Shown here: one piece after another, positions 9,621 to 17,526 of the stretch
Numbering within the stretch: the stretch's first letter is position 1
Layout: every line of letters starts with the position of its first letter
NCBI GenBank assembly: GCA_016882195.1
Contig: VGLU01000002.1
Location: 43,884 to 107,883 of the forward strand
From: Thermoproteota archaeon
GTDB taxonomy: Archaea > Thermoproteota > Methanomethylicia > Methanomethylicales > Methanomethylicaceae
Length of the DNA: 64,000 nt
Direction of reading: 5' to 3'
Made by a program: the position numbers and the translations under genes
The notes under the pieces: model-generated
What the model saw: the letters and a program-made list of their open reading frames with translations, nothing else
What the model was told of the DNA's origin: nothing
Databases searched by the model: none

Positions 9621-9672
9621 CCTTTTCAGCATTCGAAAGCCATTTGCTTACCAGATTGCACTAGAAGGGGAT

Positions 9673-10977
9673 CTAAAACTCTGGCTCGAGATGTATGGAG
9701 ACGATCTCGATCTCTTTTACTTTTGATTTGATCGTCTCTTCTATCTCGGTGGCTATTCGGTGGGCGTCATTAACGGTAATATCGCTCTTAAACAGGCAGT
9801 GGATCTTCGCCGTGAATTTTCCGTTAATCCTTTCAATATCAATCTCGTGGAAGGATCTTACCTCGGGGAAGGACTTGATTATCTCCGCTAGGGTAGCTCT
9901 AAGTCTACGGCTCGCCTCTTGATCGATCACGCCATTGTACGTACCACCATCAACAGGTTCTACGTGCGAGGACACTGCAACTATGGAGCCGTCCAGTTTG
10001 CGTATCCTAGCCTCTAGTTCACTTGATAAGTCGTGGGCTTTAGTTAGCGAAAGTTCTCCCTCGAGCTCGATGTGGAAGTCGATGTGGAGCTTTTTGTCAA
10101 CCTCAGACACCCAAATGTTGTGAATGTTTTTTATTTCTGGGAAGTTGGCTGCCTCGCTTCTTATTTTAGCCACCAAGGCGGCAGTTTCCACAGATAACGG
10201 TTCGGCGTGAACAATGACATCGGAACTGGGTATGACGGACTGTATTCTCTTTGACAGACGGTCTGTCACCCCATGAGCAACTTCAAGGGGCAGAACTTTG
10301 TCGATGAATACGGTTATGTCGATGAAGGTCCTTGCGCCCGATTCTCTGAGTCTCACCTGTCCTATCTTCAGGACCCCCTCGACCTTTTTTGCCTCTTCGG
10401 TCACGAGTTTGACTAAGCCGGCGGGCGCTCTATCCATCAAGGCATTGATGGATTTCTTTCCCAGTCGGTAGGCCACAATCAGTATTACCACTGCAACACC
10501 TATGGCTGCAATTGAGTCGACTTTGGGCACACCAATGACTATTAACACAAGGCCGATGATAACGACTGTGGAGGAGATCAGATCAGTCGAGAAGTGCACG
10601 GCGTCGGCCTCAAGCGCTTGACTTCGGTATTTTTTGGCGGCCCTAGATAATGCTCGAGATCGCGTGAAATCGATGCCTATTGCAGTCAACATTACGACGA
10701 TCGAGAAAATATTTACATCCACTAAAGCGCCTCGGACGAACCTTTCAAATGCCTCGTATGAGATCCACACAGTGATAGCCAGAAGGAGAATCGTCTGCAC
10801 CAGGCTCGCCAAGTTTTCTGCCTTTCCATGTCCGTACAGATGTTCAGAGTCGGGCGGTATGTCTGCTTTTCTAACGGCGTAGTAGGTCGTGGTTACAGCT
10901 ATCAGGTCAATACCAGAGTGGAGTGCCTCGGATAAAACACCTAGGCTGTTGGTGAGGATGCCCACTACCAACTTCAT
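9673..10977 (-). CDS. Cation diffusion facilitator (CDF) family metal efflux transporter with extended cytoplasmic C-terminal domain.
   Basis: 434 aa. N-terminal CDF TM region (LVVGILTNSLGVLSEALHSGIDL) followed by duplicated cytoplasmic domains. Confidence 0.75.
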   Translation of the reverse strand: MKLVVGILTNSLGVLSEALHSGIDLIAVTTTYYAVRKADIPPDSEHLYGHGKAENLASLVQTILLLAITVWISYEAFERFVRGALVDVNIFSIVVMLTAIGIDFTRSRALSRAAKKYRSQALEADAVHFSTDLISSTVVIIGLVLIVIGVPKVDSIAAIGVAVVILIVAYRLGKKSINALMDRAPAGLVKLVTEEAKKVEGVLKIGQVRLRESGARTFIDITVFIDKVLPLEVAHGVTDRLSKRIQSVIPSSDVIVHAEPLSVETAALVAKIRSEAANFPEIKNIHNIWVSEVDKKLHIDFHIELEGELSLTKAHDLSSELEARIRKLDGSIVAVSSHVEPVDGGTYNGVIDQEASRRLRATLAEIIKSFPEVRSFHEIDIERINGKFTAKIHCLFKSDITVNDAHRIATEIEETIKSKVKEIEIVSIHLEPEF

Positions 10978-11377
10978 TACCGTAACGAATACCGAGGCTA
11001 TTATTGAAGTAAGGGCTATCTGTTCTTTTGGAGACGTGCCTGAAACCCCTTTTTCTTTCTCTGTGAAAAGAGTTCGGAGATAAAAGGATTTGTATGCAAG
11101 GAATACTTGTGTGGGTTTAGGCCATAGAATACATCAGGTAAGCAGTTTTTAGTTTCTGAATAGTGGGGGGTTTGCGTATTTTAGTTGGTAAAAACCTGGT
11201 ATTCTCTGATTAATACGGTCTGTGTCACGACCTTAAAGGGTAGGCCAGAAGCGCTATAGGATGCGTCCATACGAACTCCCCAAAGTTTTGGTTAGAAATC
11301 GGTAATTTAACCTTGATGCACAAAAATGTTGTAAAGAGTAGACGATAGTATACTTCCGTTATAATGAGTGTACTGTC

Positions 11378-11860
11378 TTAAACTCGTATGTCGAAGAGGT
11401 TTAATCCTGTTTTGGCGTCAAACCTGCGCTTCATTGGCGGCGATAGTTCCCTTATATAAACCTCTCCCGCGAATACCCTTGATCCTTCAGCAAGATGCCC
11501 GCCGAAGCACCTGCCATCCCTATCCGCTAGAACGAGATGGCAATGAACAATGATCTCGTCGTCTAGAATCGCTATGTTGCCGGTGCCCGATGCGATTTCC
11601 AAAGGACCCTCAAACATGTTCTTATGAAAGTGCTTTTTGTCCTGTAAGTAGTAGTATAGAGTCGCATTCCTCAGGGCGCCGATCACCATCATTATGCCCG
11701 ATCTTATCTGCAATTTTTTGACGACATCCTTCAGTGAGACGAGAAGGTCGGCATCATAAGGGATGTTGCAGAGATACTCCCTGAGACCTTTGGATTCCAG
11801 AACGCTCAATTTTAGCACCATAACAATTATGTAACTGCTGGTAAAAAGTGTTTCATTCAA
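11378..11860 (-). CDS. PPC/DUF296-family protein (predicted DNA-binding, PD1-like fold). The true start is probably internal.
   Basis: C-terminal LRNATLYYY...GNIAILDDEIIVHCHLVLADRDGRCFGGHLAEGSRVFAGEVYIREL matches the DUF296 signature (H.H...GGHL). Confidence 0.55.
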   Translation of the reverse strand: MNETLFTSSYIIVMVLKLSVLESKGLREYLCNIPYDADLLVSLKDVVKKLQIRSGIMMVIGALRNATLYYYLQDKKHFHKNMFEGPLEIASGTGNIAILDDEIIVHCHLVLADRDGRCFGGHLAEGSRVFAGEVYIRELSPPMKRRFDAKTGLNLFDIRV

Positions 11861-12025
11861 CGCAAGACGGACAAAATTATCCGAAGTTCAATAATTCGAC
11901 GCATAATTCCGTAAGGCGTTAAGTATTATAAATACAACAAGGAGATTATGTTGGAGGCTTTATTTTGAAGAAAGTTAAGGACGTGATGACTAGAAAAGTT
12001 ATCACCGTAGACAAAAAAGAGCGAC

Positions 12026-12397
12026 GTGTGTGGCATCTCAAAGTTGATGGATGAAAACGGCATTGGTTCTGTTGTTGTTACGGATGGCGGTAAGGCAGCA
12101 GGGATGGTGACCGAGAGGGATATTATAACAAAATGTGTGGCGAAGGGGCTAGACCCCAAGAAGACCAGAGTGGAGCAGATAATGTCGACGCCGCTGTTGA
12201 GCGTGGAGCCTGATGCGGGTGTTGTTGATGCGGCTAGGATCATGGTAAGCAAGATGATTAGGAGATTGCCTGTGATCAAGAATGGCGAGTTAAAGGGAAT
12301 GATAACAACAACAGATATGATCAGGGATGTTGTCTCCAAAGGAAAGAGAAAGGAAGACTCGCTGATCTATATAGTCTGTGATTATGAAAAGTTCTGA
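12026..12397 (+). CDS. CBS-domain pair protein. The N-terminal 20 codons lie in the +1 frame from TTG 11965, separated by an apparent frameshift in an A-run.
   Basis: Frame 2 gives ...ISKLMDENGIGSVVVTDGGKAAGMVTERDI...GMITTTDMIRDVV. Frame 1 upstream (11965-12054) gives LKKVKDVMTRKVITVDKKE..., the canonical CBS N-terminus, with GGAGG 9 nt upstream of the TTG. Confidence 0.7.
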   Translation: MCGISKLMDENGIGSVVVTDGGKAAGMVTERDIITKCVAKGLDPKKTRVEQIMSTPLLSVEPDAGVVDAARIMVSKMIRRLPVIKNGELKGMITTTDMIRDVVSKGKRKEDSLIYIVCDYEKF

Positions 12398-12415
12398 GCA
12401 ACTAAGAAGACTCAA

Positions 12416-12493
12416 TGGTGGGCCGAGTCGGATTCGAACCGACGACCACCGCCGTGTAAGGGCGGTATCCTAACCGGCTAGACTACCGGCCCA
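12416..12493 (-). tRNA. tRNA-Val (anticodon TAC), CCA encoded.
   Basis: GGGCCGG-TA-GTCTAGCCGGTTAGGAT-A-CCGCC-CTTACAC-GGCGG-TGGTC-GTCGGTTCGAATCCGAC-TCGGCCC-A-CCA. Confidence 0.85.
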
Positions 12494-12536
12494 TCATAGA
12501 GGATAAAAATCCCAGCACCTTTAAAACTTTCGTAGT

Positions 12537-13034
12537 CTACCCCGACAGATTACTCTCTAACTCGGCGATCTTGATCTTTAGAACGGAAATTATGTCTTGG
12601 TTTTGGACGCTTTCCAGCTTACCGCCACAATTTGGGCATTGAAAGTTTGTTTCCATGGCATCCTCAAAGACATACCGAACGTTGTCGGTGGGACAGATAA
12701 AGAACATGTTGCGAGTCTCATATTCAAGCCGCTCCTTTAGCTTATCCAAGATCTTTCTCTTCTTAGCATTCAGGAGAATGCTCAGTCCCGTCCGATTTAT
12801 CCTCCAGTAATACTTGAACCACCCAGCATCCTTGTCTCTCACCCTCCTGTACGATACCAGACTCTGTTCAAATAGTTGATAAAGAATTTTTCTCAGGTTG
12901 TTAAGCTTCATCCCGGTTTTTAGTATTAGCTCGTCATCGGTTGTTTCTTCTTGCTCCGACAGTATCTGGATTAGTTGTACAGCCTCTTCGCCAAGGAGCT
13001 CCCTAGTAGCTGCCTCTAGAGCAGCGTCAGGCAT
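12537..13034 (-). CDS. tfe: Transcription factor E (TFE, TFIIE-alpha homolog).
   Basis: 165 aa. N-terminal winged helix (LILKTGMKLNNLRKILYQL) plus a C-terminal zinc ribbon (FICP...CPNCGG). Confidence 0.7.
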   Translation of the reverse strand: MPDAALEAATRELLGEEAVQLIQILSEQEETTDDELILKTGMKLNNLRKILYQLFEQSLVSYRRVRDKDAGWFKYYWRINRTGLSILLNAKKRKILDKLKERLEYETRNMFFICPTDNVRYVFEDAMETNFQCPNCGGKLESVQNQDIISVLKIKIAELESNLSG

Positions 13035-13090
13035 GGACTGTCACCGATAGACATATGTAAAGACCCTAAGAAGATATTAGGGAAATAATC

Positions 13091-13636
13091 TCAAAAAGCT
13101 TTCTTTTTTGGACTCATCTGTTCAACGGTCTTTCCCTTATCTGATGGGATTATTCTAAGCCTCGCGTTCTTAAAGGGCATTTCTTCCCACGAACCTCTGG
13201 TAACCCTGTCTAGAAAGATCGCCAAGGCGGCTACCTCTGAGTGCGGTTGATCACCGATGGCGACGTTAAAGTCAGACTCCAGATAGTATTGTCTGGGAAC
13301 CTTCTCCCCACCAACGACAACCAACAGATCCTCCTCCAAGGTAGCTATTCTCCGGATAACTTTTTTGACTGGAACCCCGTACATGGTCAGATGGGCGACC
13401 TTACCGTCACTCTTCTTCCAGTCTTTCAGGAGGCATATAGGGTTGGAAGTAAATTCCACCCAAAATGCTCCGCCCCACGTTCCTGCGATCTTATCCATTG
13501 ACTTGCTGATCGCATCATCTCTTATGCCAGCGATATAGATCCCCTCAGCACCAAATGCCCTCGCGACTAAGCATAGATGGGTCGTGATCCTCTTGTCCCT
13601 AGAGGGCCGATGACCGAGCCTCAGGACAACTATTCT
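13091..13636 (-). CDS. tRNA (cytidine56-2'-O)-methyltransferase aTrm56 (SPOUT family). The N-terminus lies upstream of the first ATG at 13498.
   Basis: In-frame upstream translation gives (K)[33 protein letters not shown]..., matching the aTrm56 N-terminus [23 protein letters not shown]. Downstream WGG.F..EF...HLTMYG...GGEKVP...[21 protein letters not shown] also matches. There is no ATG, GTG or TTG at the expected start. ATA sits at 13631-13633, overlapping the hflX TAG stop. Confidence 0.65.
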   Translation of the reverse strand, partial: [181 protein letters not shown]

Positions 13637-14925
13637 CTTCGTATTTTTACCTCCTTTTGAGATTGAACTTCGACACCTTCGATTCCGTAGAGGAGCCGTT
13701 TGAATCTCGGAAGGAAAGCAGGGTGCATATGAACTTCCATCTCGACCACATCTTCGTAATATTTTACGAACCTAACATCTGCCTCCTCAAATGCCCAGGA
13801 TATTAACGAGCTCGTGTTCTTGGAGAATGGTATCCTGAGTTTAAGGCGCTCGTAAGGGGGGAGTCTATCTGAGATCGCCTCCAATAGTTCAGACACCCCG
13901 TCACCGGTCTTTGCAGATGTCTTTACAGGTCTTGCCCCCAAAAGATCGATGACCTCCTCTTCAAGTGGCTCAAGATCAATAGCCACGTCCGTCTTGTTCA
14001 TTATGGGTGTGATCGCACTGCTGAAAACGCCTATCTCATTCAGTGTTGAGAGGCATGTGCGTAGTTTTCTGGTGAACTCTGGCAATGGATCAGAAGAGTC
14101 GAGGACGAGTAAGACATTGTCAGCCAAAGTGACCTCTTCGAGTGTAGAGTAAAAAGCATCCACCAATAAGTGGGGGAGATTATCGATGAATCCCACCGTA
14201 TCAGAGAGGAGGATTTTTCTGTTGGAGAGGCAGAAGGCTCTTGTTGTGGTCGACAAGGTCGTGAAGAGGGCGTCCCCCACCAGCATGGTCTCTTTTGTCA
14301 GATAGTTGAAGATGGCAGTCTTCCCCGCAAAGGTGTAACCAGTAAGGGCGACACTGAAGAGGGCTTCTTTTCGGCGCCTCCGTCGGTGCATGGATTTTCG
14401 GGTGCGTATCTCCTCTAGTCGCCTCTGTAGGTAGGATATGCGTCTCTTTATCATCGTGGCATATACATCGACTTGATATTTACCAAGACCGTGAAAGCCA
14501 GGAAGTTCACCCATCTTTGCCAGTCTTACATTCTCCCTAGCCATGGGTAGCTCATACTGCAACTTGGCTAGTTCTATTTGATACTTGGCTTCGATCGTTC
14601 CTGCCCTCTTTGTGAAGATCTCCAAGATCAGTTGGAAGCGATCGATTACCTCTGCCCCAAATAATTTTGTCAGGTTATACTTTTGGATGGGCTTCAGCGG
14701 GTTGTTCATTATAACTTTGAGAGGTTTGATCTCTTCTAGCATCCTTGCTATCTCTTCAGCCTTGCCTCTGCCGAGGCAGAAGGACGGGTCGTAATACCGA
14801 GTCTGCTCAAACTCATTCAACACGGCGTAACCTGCGGATTCAGATAGCAGGCGCAGTTCGGCTAGTCCGCTTGAACTTCGATCGGGTCGGACTTCGATGA
14901 GGACTACGCCGCTCCCAGCCTGCAT
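13630..14925 (-). CDS. hflX: GTPase HflX.
   Basis: 431 aa. HflX N-terminal domain plus a G domain (GYTFAGKTAIFNYLT, DTVGFI, NKTD). Confidence 0.8.
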   Translation of the reverse strand: MQAGSGVVLIEVRPDRSSSGLAELRLLSESAGYAVLNEFEQTRYYDPSFCLGRGKAEEIARMLEEIKPLKVIMNNPLKPIQKYNLTKLFGAEVIDRFQLILEIFTKRAGTIEAKYQIELAKLQYELPMARENVRLAKMGELPGFHGLGKYQVDVYATMIKRRISYLQRRLEEIRTRKSMHRRRRRKEALFSVALTGYTFAGKTAIFNYLTKETMLVGDALFTTLSTTTRAFCLSNRKILLSDTVGFIDNLPHLLVDAFYSTLEEVTLADNVLLVLDSSDPLPEFTRKLRTCLSTLNEIGVFSSAITPIMNKTDVAIDLEPLEEEVIDLLGARPVKTSAKTGDGVSELLEAISDRLPPYERLKLRIPFSKNTSSLISWAFEEADVRFVKYYEDVVEMEVHMHPAFLPRFKRLLYGIEGVEVQSQKEVKIRRE

Positions 14926-15419
14926 TAATCACTTCGTCCCTCCTTCAGGATCGCCACATCACCGAGCGTCAGAGAGCTTGGTGTCGGGACGGAGCCTTTT
15001 ACTGTGCTATCTACCTTTGATTTCAGAGATATCTTGAGCAGATGCTCAATCCTACCGGTTAGGTTTGAGGACGGATACATCTCCCCAGCCTCAATCCTGC
15101 GGATGACAGAGGCCTTCTCTCCCAGCTTTTTTGCAAACTCTTCTCTGGTGAAGCCAATCCCCTCTCGGGCCTTTTTTATTGCTTCACCGAAGTTCTCTAC
15201 CAGTACAAATTCCTCAAAATGCTCCTTTTTGGGTGGTTTTGGTTTGAAAACGCTCCTTGGACCAGGCTTCGGTATTGATCTTTCGATGCTGGTGGCTGTC
15301 TTTCTGTCAACTACAACGCCGAATCGTGAACACTCCTGACAGACTGCCAGCAGGGAACGCTCAATAGATATCTGCACAGGTCTTCCCAGAATCCTCTTGC
15401 CGCACATCTCACAATTCAT
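14925..15419 (-). CDS. Archaeal MBF1-like transcription factor (N-terminal zinc ribbon plus C-terminal XRE-type HTH). The ORF extends to 15533, but the likely start is M39.
   Basis: MNCEMCGKRILG...VCQECSRFG zinc ribbon. C-terminal FTREEFAKKLGEKASVIRRIEAGE helix-turn-helix. Confidence 0.6.
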   Translation of the reverse strand: MNCEMCGKRILGRPVQISIERSLLAVCQECSRFGVVVDRKTATSIERSIPKPGPRSVFKPKPPKKEHFEEFVLVENFGEAIKKAREGIGFTREEFAKKLGEKASVIRRIEAGEMYPSSNLTGRIEHLLKISLKSKVDSTVKGSVPTPSSLTLGDVAILKEGRSD

Positions 15420-15475
15420 AAAAGGCACCGTTCCAATTCTAGTGTTGCAGAAGGTTAATCTAAATTTATCCCTAA

Positions 15476-16675
15476 GTGGTGAGCGATATGACCGCAAATA
15501 GTGAGGTAAAGGATGAAGGAGTACCGCTCCCAATGCAACTTAGAAGGCTGGAACAGAGGGTCTTGGATTTAGAGGGGGAAAGGAGGGATTGGTACTTTGA
15601 GAAGGACAGGTTACAGAGGGAGATTCAGATCCTTCGCGGAGAGATTGAAAAATTAACCGTTCCACCATATATTGAGGGAAGCGTGACGGACGTTTTAGAG
15701 GACGGTAGGGTTGTGGTGAAGAGCTCCACCGGACCGTCCCTGCTTGTCAACGTCATGAAATCTGTAGACGTGAGCAAGCTTGTCCCAGGCAAGAGGGTAG
15801 CATTAAGCCAGAGAAACTTCGCGGTCCTAGACCTGCTGCCAGATTCCTTAGATATGTACGTAAGAGCGATGGAGCTCGTGGAAGCCCCAAGGGTCAGCTA
15901 TGCCGAGATAGGAGGACTAGAGGAGCAGATCAGGGAGATAAGAGAACTTGTGGAGCTCCCGTTGCTCAAACCGGAGGTCTTTGAGAAGGTAGGTATAGAG
16001 CCTCCGAAGGGTGTGCTACTCTACGGACCGCCCGGCTGTGGCAAGACTTTACTGGCAAAGGCAGTTGCGAGAGAGACAAAGGCCACCTTCATAAAGGTGG
16101 TGGCATCGGAACTCGTTCAGAAGTACATAGGTGAGGGGGCCAGAATGGTGAGAGAGCTCTTCCAGCTGGGAAGAGCCAAGGCACCGAGCATCGTATTCAT
16201 AGACGAGATAGATGCGGTGGGCGGAAGGAGAGCGGACATAAGCATCAGCGGGGAGAGAGAGGTGCAGAGAACCCTCCTCCAACTCTTGAGCGAAATGGAT
16301 GGCTTCAGTGCAAGAGGAGATGTCAAGATAGTAGGAGCGACCAATAGGATAGATCTATTAGATCCTGCCCTGTTGAGGGCGGGCAGATTCGACAGGGTAC
16401 TCGAGATACCTGCACCAGATCAGGCAGGCAGGGAGGTCATCTTTAAGATTCATGCAGGTAAGATGAACGTCTCGAAAGAGGTAACGCTGAGCGGGCTCGC
16501 AAAGGCAACAGAAGGAGCCACGGGAGCAGATATAAAGGCGATTTGTACCGAGGCCGGAATGTTCGCGATAAGGGAAGGCAGGGATACAATAACCAGGGAG
16601 GATTTTCTTAAGGCAATAGACAAGCTCTTCAGGAAGGAGGCACCCAAGGGTGTCGTCAGTGGCACCTACCTGTAG
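15476..16675 (+). CDS. pan: Proteasome-activating nucleotidase PAN (AAA+ ATPase).
   Basis: 399 aa. N-terminal coiled coil, OB domain, Walker A (GPPGCGKT), Walker B (IVFIDEIDA) and AAA lid. Confidence 0.9.
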   Translation: MVSDMTANSEVKDEGVPLPMQLRRLEQRVLDLEGERRDWYFEKDRLQREIQILRGEIEKLTVPPYIEGSVTDVLEDGRVVVKSSTGPSLLVNVMKSVDVSKLVPGKRVALSQRNFAVLDLLPDSLDMYVRAMELVEAPRVSYAEIGGLEEQIREIRELVELPLLKPEVFEKVGIEPPKGVLLYGPPGCGKTLLAKAVARETKATFIKVVASELVQKYIGEGARMVRELFQLGRAKAPSIVFIDEIDAVGGRRADISISGEREVQRTLLQLLSEMDGFSARGDVKIVGATNRIDLLDPALLRAGRFDRVLEIPAPDQAGREVIFKIHAGKMNVSKEVTLSGLAKATEGATGADIKAICTEAGMFAIREGRDTITREDFLKAIDKLFRKEAPKGVVSGTYL

Positions 16676-17147
16676 ACGGATAACCAATGATGACCTGATA
16701 AGAATAAGGGCCGTCGCGAACTACCAGTTCGGTGCAGGTTGTGGCGAGGCGCTTTTCTCAGACGGGGTCATGGCGATCAAATCAAGAAAGACTGGTAAAG
16801 TGAAGGGCATCTACCACAAAGGCAAGCTGCTGGCAACCCTCAGACCGTCAGACGGCTATCTGGCACTAAGCGTTGATGGTGCTTGCCAGTTGACCAAGTC
16901 CTTGTATCCTCCGAGGTACAGAGTTGTGGTTCAAGACGACGTGTTGGAGTTCATAAAGCAGGGCAGGAACCTATTCTCGAAGCATGTTGTATCCGCAGAC
17001 CCAGAGATCAGGCCGGGCGAGGAGGTTCTTATTACAGATTCTAAAGATCATGTTGTGGCGGTAGGAAGAGCGGTTCTTAATGGCAGAGAGATGAAACGGT
17101 TTAAAACAGGTTTGGCAGCAAAGGTAAGAAGAGGAGAAGGGGATTAG
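16650..17147 (+). CDS. PUA-domain RNA-binding protein of the Tma20/MCT-1 family (pre-PUA plus PUA).
   Basis: 165 aa. The C-terminal PUA domain is YRVVVQDDVLEFIKQGRNLFSKHVVSADPEIRPGEEVLITDSKDHVVAVGRAVL. Confidence 0.55.
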   Translation: MSSVAPTCRRITNDDLIRIRAVANYQFGAGCGEALFSDGVMAIKSRKTGKVKGIYHKGKLLATLRPSDGYLALSVDGACQLTKSLYPPRYRVVVQDDVLEFIKQGRNLFSKHVVSADPEIRPGEEVLITDSKDHVVAVGRAVLNGREMKRFKTGLAAKVRRGEGD

Positions 17148-17171
17148 AGTATTGGCGGAGGTCTTCATGGT

Positions 17172-17522
17172 TTGAAGAGGATGAACCCGAGGGAAGTTAG
17201 AAGAATGATGCAGAAGATGGGCATGGGTCTAGAGGAGATGACGGGCGTCTTGAAGGTAATTATTAGTATGAAGGGCAAGAACCTGGTTATCCCAGACCCT
17301 CAGGTTACGGTAATGAAGGTCAGCGGGCAGACGGTATATCAAGTAGTTGGAGAGGCTGTTGAGGAGAAGGCTGAGACCGAGGCAAAGGTTGCCATATCTG
17401 ATGAAGACGCACAGCTTGTGTCCGCTCAAACTGGCGTAAGCATAGAGGTAGCCAGAAAGGCGCTCGAGACCACTAATGGCGATCTAGCTCAGGCAATCAT
17501 GCTACTGACCGCAAAGGGTTAA
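17172..17522 (+). CDS. nac: Nascent polypeptide-associated complex protein (NAC alpha homolog) with C-terminal UBA domain.
   Basis: 116 aa. NAC domain (GKNLVIPDPQVTVMKVSGQTVYQVVG) plus UBA-like SDEDAQLVSAQTGVSIEVARKALETTNGDLAQAIMLL. Confidence 0.75.
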   Translation: MKRMNPREVRRMMQKMGMGLEEMTGVLKVIISMKGKNLVIPDPQVTVMKVSGQTVYQVVGEAVEEKAETEAKVAISDEDAQLVSAQTGVSIEVARKALETTNGDLAQAIMLLTAKG

Positions 17523-17526
17523 GGAA

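Noticed and set aside
10978-11377. 400-nt intergenic region inspected for SRP RNA or other structured ncRNA
   Set aside because: No conserved SRP, 7S or other recognisable motifs were found. It is AT-rich and low in structure. It is probably a promoter or UTR region.
11926-12339. 137-aa minus-strand ORF
   Set aside because: It is antisense to the CBS-pair gene, hydrophobic and low-complexity. It is spurious.
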